Numbered from the stretch's first letter, positions 26,297 through 37,371 are shown. The stretch is 64,000 nucleotides of DNA from Candidatus Latescibacterota bacterium (GCA_965221775.1 CBDCSU010000005.1:1120001-1184000), one strand, 5' to 3'. The notes: generated by a model from the letters alone, not told the origin. A program made the numbers and translations.

Positions 26297-29200
26297 CTAC
26301 ACCGCCACTCTCGTCTCCACGTCCCCCGCAGCCAGCGCGTTCATGTAGGCCAGGATCATCTCCCGGGTGCGGTAGCGGCCGAAGGCGGCCTCGTCCTCGC
26401 GGCGGACGATGGGGAAGTTGTCGAGGACGTACGCCGCATCCTCCCGGGTGAGGCCGTAGAGGTGGAAGTAGAGGGCGTCGAGGCGGGCGCGGAGGTGGCG
26501 GCGTTCCTCCTCGTCCCATGGGAAGGGCGGGCCGTCGTGGCCGAGGTCGCGGGCGAAGGGGGCCATGTCGCGGGCGTGGTAGGTGAGGCGGAGGACGTGG
26601 TCCTTGACGAGGTCGCGGGCGGTGGTGGCGCCGAAGGGGCGGTCGTAGCCGGCGGGTGAGATGACGGGGAACTGTTCGACGGTGTACCAGGTCAGATGAG
26701 TCGCCTGGACTTTCTGACGAGCCACGTAGTCGAGCGCGAAACTGTTGAGATTGGCGAGGAAGCAGGCTGCGCTCTCCGCGTCCATGCCGTCGTCGGAAGG
26801 ACGAAGGACCGGCAATGTATGCCCGCATCCAACTTGGGGAATGGCGGCCGCGATCATGGTGCGGACATTCGTTGACGCCGTAATGTCCTTGAACGCCAGG
26901 AGCCATCGTACTCCTTGGAGGTCGCTTTCCTGCTGGTTGACCCAGTAGCGGGGGCGAGGTGAGAAGGCAGGGTCTCGGTGCTCTTCTTCAAGAGTCCTGT
27001 CCGGCTGTCCGGGTCGAAACAGGTTTCCTTCCCGCGTGGTAATGCTTGCGGCGCGGTGGTCGAAAGCCTGCACCATCTTCCCTTCGTACAACGGCAGATA
27101 CAACTCCTCCCCTCGCCTCCAACAATTGCCTTCCACCGGATAGAAGCCCTTGGCCTCGAGTTGTCCCGCGGTGTGGAAGAGGTGAGAGTCGGAGGTCATG
27201 TTGAAGTGTCCCTGCATGAACCGCACCGGCCATGCGCGGCGCTCCTTGTCTCCTGAACGGTCCACCAGCACCGGCTGACGCTCGTAGATCCGCCGGGTGA
27301 TCTCCGCGTCCCGTCGAGTGCGAAACACCGGCGCGGTTCCGGAATTGGGGTTGACCCGGAGGAAGTCCGCTGGTGTCAAGGGGAAGCAGCGGTTCTCGTC
27401 AGCCAGTGTATCAATGTCGTGGAGAAAGAAGGCGCACTCGGTGCGGTCGAAGCTCCGTTCCTCGCCGCCGAAGACGAGGACACAGAACTTGAAAGAGGCA
27501 TGAACATCCTTGAAGAAGATCCTCCTGTTTTCGAAGTCGAACAGGCCACTGACCCGTGCGCTGATCGAGAGGGACCTGAAGAATCGGGACGCGGTCTTGT
27601 CGGCGTAGATGCCCGACGGAGTCAGCAGCCCGACGAGCCCGTCTTGCTTGATCAGTCCCATTGCCCGCTCTACGAACAGAGAGTATAGGTTGATGCGACC
27701 TTCGCTCAGGAGGGGATACTCCGCAGAGGCACGTACGAACTGGCGCATAGCTGAAGCCCGATCCCTCACCATCTCGTACTCCAGAGCCAGCTTACCCCCT
27801 GATTCCTTCTTCTTCTTGATCAGTGCCTTTCTATCGGCTCCGATCACCGTCCCGGCTATCTGTTCGTCCCGGCTTGCGAACCATTCTACCTCCGGCTGCT
27901 CTATCTGGTCCCAAGGCGGGTTCCCGATGACGGCGTCGAACCCTCCCTGCGGTCGGCTCTCCTGCCACCGGCGCCACACGCCAGGGAAGGCGACCTCCCA
28001 GTGCAGGAAGCCCTCCCGGTCGGCCAGGGCCCGGGCCTCCTTCCATCGCTCGACGAACCGCGCCCATTCCTTGTACTTGGGTGGGTCGCCTTCAAGAGAC
28101 CCCGGTCCTTGGGCCAACAGCTTGAACGCCTCCGCGGGCTGCCGGACGAGCGTTACGGCCAGTGGCCCTTCGAAGGCCGCGCGCTCCTTCTGCTTCATGC
28201 CCGCGGTCAGCCACCGCCAGCCGCAGAGGATGTCGAGCAGGCCGCGCAGGTCCGCGGTCGTCTTCTCCACGCCGCTGAACAATTCCGCCGATGCCTGCAC
28301 TTCGGCCACGTCGGCGTCGGACATCTCCTCGATCCGCTGCATGCCCTCGGTGGCGTTCTCGGCTGCTTGGATGGCGCTCTGGGCGAACATCTCGGCCAGG
28401 CGGTGCAGGTCCTTCACCGCCTCCGACACCCGCAGGCCGACCAGCGAGTCGCCGCAGCGCAGGTGGTGGTCGAGGAAGGAGAGGGGCGCGCCCACGGTGA
28501 AGCTGTGCAGCCACAGGGAGACCTTGGCCAGCTCCACGGTGAGCGGGTTCTTGTCCACTCCGTAGATGCAGCGCTTGAGCACCATGCGGCGGATGATGGC
28601 CTGGTCGGTGAGCTGGGCCTCGTCGAGGACCCAGTCCGATTCCGCCGCCCGCCGGAGGATCTCCTCGCGGATCGCGGCCACCCTTCCCACCAGCGGCGAC
28701 GCATACTCGCCGTCGAGCCACTCCGGGACGGCGGGGAGGTAAGCGATCAGCTCGGCGATGTAGTCGGAGAGGAAGTCGACGGCGGTCACCAGGAAGTGGC
28801 CGCTGCCCATGGCCGGGTCCAGGACCTTGAGGTCCAGCACCGCTTCGGCCGGGTCGAGCTTGCGCAACTCGGCCTCGCGCTGGGCCTTTGGCCGGCGATC
28901 GCTCTTGAGCTTCTCGGCCTTCTCCTCGAAAGCCTTCAGACGCTCTTCGGCCAGCGGCTTGAGGGTGCGCTCGACGATGAGATCGACCAGTTCCTGGGGC
29001 GTGTAGAAGCTGCCGCTGTCCTTGCGCGCGTAGGGGTTGGGGCGGATCTCGATGCCGTCGCCGCCGCGGACCGGCTCGCGCTCCAGCAGGCGCTCGTAGA
29101 GCGAGCCGAGTTGCTGCACCGACATGTCGCGGTAGTTGACGAAGCGGCGCTCGCCATACGCGTCCCTGGCGTGGCTGAGGTCGTGGATCACGGGCGCGAC

Positions 29201-30338
29201 GGCGGCGTCGGGGAGGCGGACGGTCTCAAGCAGGGGCGCGGCCTCCCGGGCGAAGAGGCCCCCGTTATAGGGAGGCAGGCCGATGGACGGGTCGCCCTGG
29301 TCGATGATGCGGAAGAGGTTGAGGAGACGGTCGTAGTAGTTGCTGGCCACGGCCGAGAAGGTGTCGCTCTCCGCCATCCTGCGGGCCACGTCGTCGCGCA
29401 CCCGCTTGCGCAGGCCGTAGTCGTCGTAGCGCGAGTCGTTGACCGGCAGCAGCCCCCGGTCCTCGGCGTAGAGCACGAAGAGCAGGCGGTAGAGGAAGAT
29501 GAGCGCCGCCTTGTGGACCTCCGGCAGGTCGGCCTCTCCCCCTCTCTTCTCGGCGGCCTCGGCGAGGGCCTGGACGAGCGCCGGGAAGACGCTCTCGAAG
29601 ACCACACCCGAGAGATCCTGGGCGACCTCTGCTCCTCGTAGCGGCGGCCCTCGGCCAGGGCCGCCTCGAGGAAGGACTCGGCGGCGCCCTCCTGGGGCGT
29701 GAAGGACTCCCGCCGGAAGAGCAGCTGGAAGACGCGCAGCTCCTCCTCGCGGCCGGCTTCGAGCAGGTCCTCCAGGTCGGCCTCGAAGTAGCCGCTGGCT
29801 CGGGGCCGGGCGCGGTAGTCGTAGAGGCGCCAGACGCGGCCGTTGGTGAGCAGGCCCCAGCGCACGCGGCTCTCCGACTCGATCTCGGCGGTGGCCAAGT
29901 AGCGGAGGATCTGGCTGTGGGGGGACCGGGCGTGGAATCCGGCCTCCCTGTCGCGCTCGTCCAATGGCAGGCCGAAGCGCTTGCTCTCCTCCACGACGGC
30001 GGCGTGCCGTGCGCGGGCGGCGGCGTTGGGCTCGGCGAGGCGCGCTCCTTGGAGCCGGCGTCGGCGAAGAGCAGGTGGTCGGGGATGTCCTCGTTGCGCG
30101 CCGTGCCCTGCTGCGGGAGGTAGTCCGCCCACCCGAGCAACTCCAGGACCGGCCGGATGAGATCCTGCTCCGTGACCGCCTCGTTGGGGTCGGCGGAACG
30201 GGCGAGGGCCTCGTAGCGGCGGAGCACGGATTCCCGGAAGGCGGCGAAGTCTCCGGGTCGGCGGGCGGATGCCTGCCACTCGGGGGTGGCCCTGATGCCG
30301 TCGGTGAGGAAGTAGTGGGTGAACAGTTGGCCGCTCAT
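26297..30338 (-). pseudogene. Type IIG restriction-modification enzyme (Eco57I-like N6-adenine MTase fusion) with two frameshifts
   Basis: PD...EESK nuclease motif, YNGGLF, RKDSGSFYTP, VLDPAMGSGHFL, IGNPPW. Frameshifts at ~30040 and ~29627. Confidence 0.85.
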
Positions 30339-30350
30339 GGTCCAGAGAAT

Positions 30351-30384
30351 TACCCCCATTGAGTGAAATTACTCAATAGGGGTA
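30351..30384. promoter_or_regulatory. Inverted repeat (operator or hairpin) upstream of the type IIG gene
   Basis: TACCCCCATTGAGT-GAAATT-ACTCAATAGGGGTA, 13 of 14 bp paired. Confidence 0.6.
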
Positions 30385-30465
30385 TTCCACTTCCCGACGG
30401 ACGCAGGGGTCGTCCCGGTGCAGGTCCGTGAGACGCTCAGGGCCGTCGGATGCGGAGGGAATCCC

Positions 30466-30925
30466 TCACTGGCAGCCGTCCTGGAGCTGCCCCAGCACGC
30501 CCTTGAACTCCTGCATCTGCTGCTCCAGGAGCGGCCACACCTCATCCGCCTCTGCAAGCAACTCGGTGCTGCGCTCCCAGCTCAGTTGTCCGCCGCCGAT
30601 GTCCCGGAACAGGTGCCGGAAACGCAGGAACGGCCGCAGCCGTTCCGCGAGGTCGGAGGTCAGGACCCGGGGGCGGACGCCCTCGACTGTGCCAGTCGCC
30701 GCCCCGAGGCAGCTCCCCGTCCAGCTCCACCGCGATGCGCTCGAAGACGCGCTCGACCCCCGAGTAGAAGTCTTGCAGTACGCTCGCCACCCCGCGCACT
30801 TCCAGGCGGCTCGGCACTCCGTCCACGTCCCTCAGGTCGCTTCGCGATTCCTGGAGCAGGCGCTCGACCTGCGCCAGTTCCCGGTCGATGTCAGCCTTGA
30901 GAAGCAGGAACTTCCGGGCGCCCAT
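30466..30925 (-). pseudogene. HepT-like HEPN ribonuclease toxin with internal deletion and frameshift
   Basis: LQDFYSGVERVFERIA..DGELPRGGDWH, then a shifted frame RPPVL...FLRFRHLFR. Confidence 0.72.
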
Positions 30926-31103
30926 GGAGCAGAACTCCTTCCCGTTTGGCGCGGCGGACCAGCTCCGGCGCCGCCAGCAGCGCCGCACAGTCCTTCGCCT
31001 TGGCGCGGGCATCCGCAAGCGCCCTGTCCAGCTCCGCGGTTTCGCGGTCCAGCCGCTCCCGCCAGGCGGCGGTGTAGCAGTCGCTCTGTGTGTTCCGGCC
31101 CAT
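30891..31103 (-). pseudogene. MNT antitoxin remnant with catalytic core deleted
   Basis: N-terminus (AWRERL...ARAKAKDCAALL) joined directly to a C-terminus (LVRRAKREGVLL); FGS/DxD motifs missing; upstream of the HepT-like gene. Confidence 0.55.
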
Positions 31104-31109
31104 GGGGTC

Positions 31110-31472
31110 TCAGGCTTCGACCGCCCTCCGCGGCTCCACCTCCCGCTCGATCTGGCGCAGGGTCGTGCGCTCCGCGACCTCGAGATCGTAGCGGGTCTGG
31201 AGATTGATCCAGAACTGGGGCGTCGTGCCGAAGTAGCGGCCCAGGCGCAGAGCGGTGTCCGTCGTGACTCCTCGCCGTCCGAGCACGACATCGTTCAGCC
31301 TCGGTCGCGAAACCTTGAGCGCCTGGGCGAGCCGGTACACGCTGATCTCCATCGGTTCCAGGAACTCCTCGCGCAGAATCTCTCCAGGGTGCACCGGCGG
31401 CAGCCGCCGGCCGGAGACCACGTCGGAGAAATCGACCTTCCCCCGGTCCAGGTCTTCACGCTTAATGGGCAT
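31110..31472 (-). CDS. higA: HigA-family antitoxin
   Basis: PVHPGEILREEFL, TALRLGRYFGTTPQFWINLQ. Confidence 0.93.
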   Translation of the reverse strand: MPIKREDLDRGKVDFSDVVSGRRLPPVHPGEILREEFLEPMEISVYRLAQALKVSRPRLNDVVLGRRGVTTDTALRLGRYFGTTPQFWINLQTRYDLEVAERTTLRQIEREVEPRRAVEA

Positions 31473-31487
31473 AGTCTCCTGACCTCC

Positions 31488-31769
31488 TCAATGGTAGTCG
31501 ACGATCTCCACGTCCCACGCCTCCCCGGCACGCCAAGCAAAGCAGATCCGCCATCGGTCGTTGACGCGAATGCTGTATTGACCACGACGGTCCCCTCGCA
31601 GGGCCTCCAGACGATTGCCGGACGGCACCCGCAGATCGTCAAGCCGACCGGCGGCGTCAACCATCAACAGCTTCGCCCTCGCTCTTCTCTGTAGATGCAG
31701 GGGCATGCCGCGAACAGCATCGCCCGCAAAGACCGCCGCCGCGAGCTTGTCCGCGAAACTCCTGATCAT
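31488..31769 (-). CDS. higB: HigB-family (RelE/ParE) toxin
   Basis: MIRSFAD, GNRLEALRGDRRGQYSIRVNDRWRICF, VEIVDYH. Confidence 0.93.
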   Translation of the reverse strand: MIRSFADKLAAAVFAGDAVRGMPLHLQRRARAKLLMVDAAGRLDDLRVPSGNRLEALRGDRRGQYSIRVNDRWRICFAWRAGEAWDVEIVDYH

Positions 31770-31771
31770 CA

Positions 31772-31804
31772 CGTTACGTAACGGAAGTCGATACGCTTCG
31801 TCAA
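31772..31804 (-). promoter_or_regulatory. higBA promoter with palindromic operator
   Basis: -35 TTGACG (31799-31804); perfect palindrome CGTTACGTAACG (31772-31783) over the -10 region. Confidence 0.65.
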
Positions 31805-31831
31805 GGGACCGCTCGAAACGGAGGGCCGGGG

Positions 31832-31854
31832 GCGGATAGCCTTTCGGCTGCCGC
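31832..31854 (-). terminator. Possible hairpin after the WD40 gene
   Basis: GCGGCAGCC-GAAA-GGCTATCCGC; no U-tract. Confidence 0.3.
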
Positions 31855-31863
31855 AAGATACCT

Positions 31864-34800
31864 TCAGCGCAGCAGCGTCAGCTTGCGCGTCTGCACGCCC
31901 TCGGCCGTCACCAGCCGGTACACGTAGACGCCGCTGCCCAACGGCCGGCCCTGGTCGTCGCGCCCGTCCCAGCGCAGACGGTGCAACCCGGGTTTCGCCG
32001 GTCCCGCGTGCAGCATCGCCACCCGCTGCCCCGTCAGGGCGAACACCTCCAGCCGCGCCGGCCCCGCCTGCAGCAGCAACCACGGGATCACCGTCTGGCT
32101 GTTGAAGGGATTCGGCGCGTTCTGCTGCAGCCCGGGTCCCTCCGGCAGACCGATCCGCTCCCGCGCCATGGCCACCAGCTTGCCCCGCTCCGGCTGGGCG
32201 AAGTGCTCGGCGAAGAGGAAGAAATCGGCGAAGTCCACCGAGCCGCTGCCGTCCAGGTCGAAGCGGGGGTCGCTGCCGCCGAAGGCCTCGGCGAAGAGGA
32301 AGAAGTCGCCGAACCCGACCTCGCCGTCGCCGTCGAAGTCGGGTGATGCCTTGGCGGTGGCGGTGAAGGTCACCGGCTCGAGGTCAGCCAACGTGGCCAC
32401 CACCCTGTAGGCTCCCAGCTCCTCTCCCAGCGTCAGAGTGGTAACCGCCCGGCCCTCGGCATCGGTGGTGTCGGTGATGGTCGAAAGGGATCCGCCCTCG
32501 CCGGTGAGCGCAAAGGTGACCACCGCGCCCGGGAAGGCCGCTCCGTTCTGGTCGCGCACCTCGACCACCAGGGGCTCGGGCAGTTGCTCGCCCTCCGTTG
32601 CCTGCTGCTCGTCCCCGGCGAGTTTGGTCAGAGTCTGCGGAATCGCAATGCCGACGGCGGTGAAGGTCACAGGGGCGAGTCCGGCCACGGTCACGCGCAC
32701 ACTGTTGGGGCCCGGCGCACCCCCCAGGGTGAGGGTGCTGGCGGCGCGGCCCTCGGGGTCGGTGGTTGCGGTGGTCACCGAGAGGGTGCCCCCGCCGGCG
32801 GCCACCTCGAAGGTGACGGCCACGCCCGCCAGGGGGGATCCGATCTGATCGAGCAAAGAGACGACCAAAGGCTCGGCCAGCGGTTCGCCTCCCGGCCCCT
32901 GCTGGCCGTCGCCGCCGAGTTTGCCCAGGGTCGTGGGAATGGACCGGGTGTGGGCGGTGAAGCTCACCGGCTCCACTCCCTCCACCTCCACCACCACGGT
33001 GTTCGGTCCGGGTGCGTTGCCCAAGGTCAGAGTCGTAGACGCCCGGCCGCGGAGGTTGGTCGTCGCCCTTTCCACGGAGACGGTGCCCCCGCCGGAGGTG
33101 ACCGCGAAGGTGACCTCGGCGCCGCTCAGCCATTGGCCCTTCTGGTCCCTCACCTCGATGACGAAGGGCTCCGCCAGGGCGAGCCCCGGTGTCCCTTCCT
33201 GCTCATCTCCGGAGAGCATGGTCAGGCTCCTGGGATGGGGCAGGATCCGCCGCATGTCCCACACCAGGACGCTCCCGTCCACTGACCCGGAAGCGAAGAT
33301 CGGGAGATCCCGGGAGTATGCCACCGCGGTGATGGGGCCGGAATGTCCTCGGAGGGTGGCGATGCTCTCCCGGGTCTCCAGGTCCCACACCTGGACCTGG
33401 AAGGGACCGGCGTATTCGCCGATCACGAGAGTTCTCCCATCGGCCGAGAGGGTCGCGGAATCGGCCGTTCCCTCCGCGGGGAGGCTGCCGATTCGGCGCT
33501 CCGGCAGCACGTCCCACAGCTCGAGGACTCTCCACGATCCGCCGACGGCCAAGGGCAGGCCATCGTCCGCAAATGCCACGGAAACCACCCGATCCAGGGG
33601 CATCTCAAAGTGCGTCGTCTGGTTCCCCGTCGCCACGTCCCACACCCTCACCGTGCCATCCGAGGACCCGGAGACCAGGAGCCTGTCATCGGGAGAGAAA
33701 GCCATGGAGCCGATCTGGTTGGTGTGTCCCTCGAGAGAGACGGAAGGCGTGCCGGCAGCCGCGTCCCACAACTGGATGGCGCCCGTCTTGTGTCCCGCGG
33801 CTACCATCTCTCCGTCACGCGAAAAGACCACCCGGCTGACCCAGTTCTCAGGCTCGGGTGATTCCAGGGTAAGGGTATTGGCGCCGGTCGCCCTCTCCCA
33901 GAGTCTGACCGTGTTGTCCGAGGATCCCGAGGCCAGGATCCTGCCATCGGGCGAGAAGGCCAGGGCCAGAATCCAATCCGGGTGCCCGACGTTCACGTGC
34001 CCTTCGAGGCGGCCGGTAATGGCGCCCGTCTCGACGTCCCACAGTCTGACGGTGAGGTCCCTCGATCCGGAGGCCAGGGTTCTCCCATCGGGAGAGAGAG
34101 CCACCGAGGCGATCCGGTGCGTGTGATGGTGCTCCCTGGCAAGGATGGTGGTGGCGTTGCCCGTGGCGGCCTCCCAGAGCAGGACCGTGCCACGCTGCTC
34201 CCCGGAGGCCAGGGTCCTCCCGTCGGGCGAGAACGCCACGGACCGGACCGAGGAACCATGCCCCTCGAAAGAAGCGATCTCGGTCCCTGTCGCCACCTCC
34301 CACAACTTGACGGTGCGATCGAAGGCCCCCGAGGCGAGGGTCCTTCCGTCCGGCGAGAACTCGACGGACTCGACCCAGGAGGTGTGCCCCTCGAGAGGGG
34401 CCATACTGGTGTGCGCAGCCACGTCCCACAGCCTTATCGTGTGGTCGCCAGATGCGGAGGCGAGCGTTCTTCCGTCGGGGGAGAAGGCGACGGATCTGAT
34501 TTCATCCGTGTGTCCTTCGAGGATGGCGATCAGGGTCCCGGTCTCCACGTCCCACAGGCGGCAGGGACCTTCGGAGTATCCCCCCGCGAGGATGGTCCGG
34601 TCGGGGGAGAAGGCCGCCGTGTTCCCCACCGGCCAATTCCTTTCCACGGGAACAGTGGCCGTATTCATCCCCGTTGCCACGTCCCACTGCTTGATGGACG
34701 AGCCTGCGGAAATGAGTGTGGCACCATCAGTGGAAAACGCCACGAAGCGAGGACGGTTGTCGTATCCATCGAGGACTGCCGTATTGGTGCCGGTCGCCAC

Positions 34801-37371
34801 GTCCCACAGCTCGAATCCTTCACTGGTTGCGGCAGCCACCGTCTGCCCATCGGGGGAGAAGGCCAGGGAAGTGACGTATTCCAGGGGGCCCAGCAGCACG
34901 AGGGGTTGGACCGTCTCGACAGCGTATACCCAGATACCGATCTGGGTCGTAATGGCGAGGAGCCGTCCGTCCCCGGAAAAGGCGAACATCCGGTTCCCCC
35001 GACCGATCCCCCTCGTGTCGAGCAGCCCCCTCCCGAGTCGGGCCCTGGCCCCGTCCGGCAGGCTCCAGGTATGGTACCCGCCATCCAGGGGCCTCGTGGA
35101 AGAGATGCCGGATGCCGCGGCACCGAAGGTCACGCGCTCCAGCCCGGAGATCACCGCCTCGACGGAGTTGGGTCCCGGATACGGGCCGAGGGTGAGCAGG
35201 ACCTCCGTCCGACCGTTGATGTCGGTCGTCGTTCTCTCCCGGGTGAACTTCTCGCCGAGCCGGCCATCCCCCTCGGTGACCACAAAGGTGACCTCCACAC
35301 CCTGCAGGGGATCGCCGTACTGATCCCTCACCTCGACGACCAGCGGCTCCGCCAAGGGCTCTCCACTGGTCCCCTGCTGGTCGTCGCCCGAGACCACCAG
35401 CACCCTTCCTGGACGGGAGTTCAGCCACTCCGACGTGTCCCACAGGCCGATCCTGCCATCTTCCGTGCCCGCGGCGAGGGTGGCGGCATCGGGGGCGAAG
35501 GCCACGGTGCCGACTCCCCTGCCCTCGCCCCGCAGGATGCCCAGCTGCTCCCTCGTCCCCGGGTCCCACAAGTGCACGCCCAGTCCGCTCCCGGAAGCGA
35601 GCAGAGTCCCGTCGGGGGAGAAGGCCACGGATCGCACGGGCCCGTCGTGCTCCTCCAGGACGCCGACGCTCTCCTCCGTCTCCACGTCCCACAGCCTCAC
35701 GGTCGCATCGTCCCCCCCGGAGGCGACCAGGGTCCCGTCAGGTGAGAACACCACGCTGTTGACCCCGGAGCCCCAACCGCCGCTGCCATGCCGGTGGGTG
35801 GCCACCTCGGTCCGCGTGGCCACGTCCCACAGCCGCACTCCGTCCCCGGAGCCCGAGGCGAGCATCGACCCGTCGGGGGAGAAGGCTACCGACGTGGCGT
35901 CCACGGGAAGGGTTGCGCTACCGCTCCGCCCTGCCACGTCCCACAGCCGAATGCCGTCACCGGCCCCCGACGCGAGAGTCCTGCCGTCCCGCGTGAAGGC
36001 AAGGGAGCGGATCTCGTGCGTGTGTCCGGAGAGCGTTGCGGTCACTCGGCCTTCGGGATCATGGAGTTGGACCTGGCCGCTGCCGGATCCCGAAGCCAGG
36101 ACAGCCCCGTCCTCCGAGAGGGCCACGGCCGTGGCGCCGCTGGCCAGAGAGGTCGTGGTGCCTGTCCGGGTCTCCAGGTCCCACAGCTCCAACCCCTTGC
36201 CCGAGCCGGAGGCCAAGGTCCTGCCGCCGGGCGCAAAGACCGCCCCATGGACCTCCTCGCCGACCTCGAGGGTGGCCAGATGCTGGCGGGACAGCTCCCA
36301 CAGATCGAAGCTGATGCCCGCCCTGTTTCCGTCCCTGTCCACTACGCTGATGAAGATCGGATGCACCTGGGGGTCGGCGAGATCCGTAAAGCCCCAGGCA
36401 GCGCCCGACGGAACCACGCCATCGTAGTCGATTTCGACGACGGCCTGATCCTCCCCCATCATCGCATGGCATGTCTTCAGCTCCGTGCCCCCTGCACTGA
36501 TCCTGGCGCTGTGGGTCTCTACCGAGCGGACTCGCAAGCGCACATGATGCAGCCCATGGGCGGCGCTGAGCTTGAGCCGGATGGGGACGCTCTCCGACCC
36601 GGCCGGATAGGCGCGCGCCGAGAGCAACTCCACTACCGGCGCCTCGGTCCACTCGACTCCGACGTCGGGATTGAAGTAGGGATGAACCGCCAGGACTCCG
36701 GCGCTGCACGCGGACAGGGTGTCCCTGGACCACCCGTAGGACAGGATGTAGGAGTCGTCGCGGAAGTCGTGACCCATGCGGAAGGTGTGGGCCAGTTCAT
36801 GGGCCAGGGTATCCCAGGCGAACTCACCCCCCACCAGGGCGATGCCGCTCTGCTTCGAGCTCCAGGTCGCCGCTCCGCTGGCCGTACGGCCGATCCGGTT
36901 GGTGCTGTTGTCGACCACGACGACGATGATGCTCTGCGACAGGTCGAAGGCCTCCCTGATCTCGTTGACCGAGTCCCACGTGTTGCCGATGTAGTGACTG
37001 TCGGGATGCTGTCCGTCCACGCGGTGAACGACGGGATCCCCCTCTTCGTCGGTCTCGATCCGGAAGGTCCTGTACCCGTACCCATGGCCCTCCATCTGCT
37101 CCCCGTACCAAGCCTGGAGGCTGAGCATCTCGTCCTTGATCCGCTGAACCACGTCGGCGCGGAAGGGACGGTCGTTGGGCAGGAAGTAGAACAGCCGCAT
37201 CGTGCGGGGCTCGCCGGCGTCCAGGTCCGACAGGCGCTTGCCGGCGGCGTAGGTGACGGGCGGGTGCAACTCGGGGTCGAGGAAGAGGCCGGAGTGCTGG
37301 CGGTCGGGAGGCTCCGAGGCGTGGCCGACGGCCAGGGACGAGAGGATGAGAGCAAGGATGAGTCTCTTCAT
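31864..37371 (-). CDS. Large secreted protein: zincin-like domain, many WD40 repeats, Big_1-like Ig repeats, EF-hand/dockerin-like motif, FlgD-Ig/T9SS-like C-terminal domain
   Basis: Signal peptide; AHELAHTFRMGH; repeated GH..V.SVAFSPDG..LASG...LWD; GDxQQG...EPLVVEVRDQ repeats; DFDGDGEVGFGDFFLF; QNAPNPFN...WDGRDDQG...SGVY. Confidence 0.9.
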   Translation of the reverse strand: MKRLILALILSSLAVGHASEPPDRQHSGLFLDPELHPPVTYAAGKRLSDLDAGEPRTMRLFYFLPNDRPFRADVVQRIKDEMLSLQAWYGEQMEGHGYGYRTFRIETDEEGDPVVHRVDGQHPDSHYIGNTWDSVNEIREAFDLSQSIIVVVVDNSTNRIGRTASGAATWSSKQSGIALVGGEFAWDTLAHELAHTFRMGHDFRDDSYILSYGWSRDTLSACSAGVLAVHPYFNPDVGVEWTEAPVVELLSARAYPAGSESVPIRLKLSAAHGLHHVRLRVRSVETHSARISAGGTELKTCHAMMGEDQAVVEIDYDGVVPSGAAWGFTDLADPQVHPIFISVVDRDGNRAGISFDLWELSRQHLATLEVGEEVHGAVFAPGGRTLASGSGKGLELWDLETRTGTTTSLASGATAVALSEDGAVLASGSGSGQVQLHDPEGRVTATLSGHTHEIRSLAFTRDGRTLASGAGDGIRLWDVAGRSGSATLPVDATSVAFSPDGSMLASGSGDGVRLWDVATRTEVATHRHGSGGWGSGVNSVVFSPDGTLVASGGDDATVRLWDVETEESVGVLEEHDGPVRSVAFSPDGTLLASGSGLGVHLWDPGTREQLGILRGEGRGVGTVAFAPDAATLAAGTEDGRIGLWDTSEWLNSRPGRVLVVSGDDQQGTSGEPLAEPLVVEVRDQYGDPLQGVEVTFVVTEGDGRLGEKFTRERTTTDINGRTEVLLTLGPYPGPNSVEAVISGLERVTFGAAASGISSTRPLDGGYHTWSLPDGARARLGRGLLDTRGIGRGNRMFAFSGDGRLLAITTQIGIWVYAVETVQPLVLLGPLEYVTSLAFSPDGQTVAAATSEGFELWDVATGTNTAVLDGYDNRPRFVAFSTDGATLISAGSSIKQWDVATGMNTATVPVERNWPVGNTAAFSPDRTILAGGYSEGPCRLWDVETGTLIAILEGHTDEIRSVAFSPDGRTLASASGDHTIRLWDVAAHTSMAPLEGHTSWVESVEFSPDGRTLASGAFDRTVKLWEVATGTEIASFEGHGSSVRSVAFSPDGRTLASGEQRGTVLLWEAATGNATTILAREHHHTHRIASVALSPDGRTLASGSRDLTVRLWDVETGAITGRLEGHVNVGHPDWILALAFSPDGRILASGSSDNTVRLWERATGANTLTLESPEPENWVSRVVFSRDGEMVAAGHKTGAIQLWDAAAGTPSVSLEGHTNQIGSMAFSPDDRLLVSGSSDGTVRVWDVATGNQTTHFEMPLDRVVSVAFADDGLPLAVGGSWRVLELWDVLPERRIGSLPAEGTADSATLSADGRTLVIGEYAGPFQVQVWDLETRESIATLRGHSGPITAVAYSRDLPIFASGSVDGSVLVWDMRRILPHPRSLTMLSGDEQEGTPGLALAEPFVIEVRDQKGQWLSGAEVTFAVTSGGGTVSVERATTNLRGRASTTLTLGNAPGPNTVVVEVEGVEPVSFTAHTRSIPTTLGKLGGDGQQGPGGEPLAEPLVVSLLDQIGSPLAGVAVTFEVAAGGGTLSVTTATTDPEGRAASTLTLGGAPGPNSVRVTVAGLAPVTFTAVGIAIPQTLTKLAGDEQQATEGEQLPEPLVVEVRDQNGAAFPGAVVTFALTGEGGSLSTITDTTDAEGRAVTTLTLGEELGAYRVVATLADLEPVTFTATAKASPDFDGDGEVGFGDFFLFAEAFGGSDPRFDLDGSGSVDFADFFLFAEHFAQPERGKLVAMARERIGLPEGPGLQQNAPNPFNSQTVIPWLLLQAGPARLEVFALTGQRVAMLHAGPAKPGLHRLRWDGRDDQGRPLGSGVYVYRLVTAEGVQTRKLTLLR

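Noticed and set aside
33250-36300. Periodic nucleotide repeats such as GTCCCACAG and GGAGAAGGC
   Set aside because: Explained by WD40 coding repeats (LWD, AFSP).
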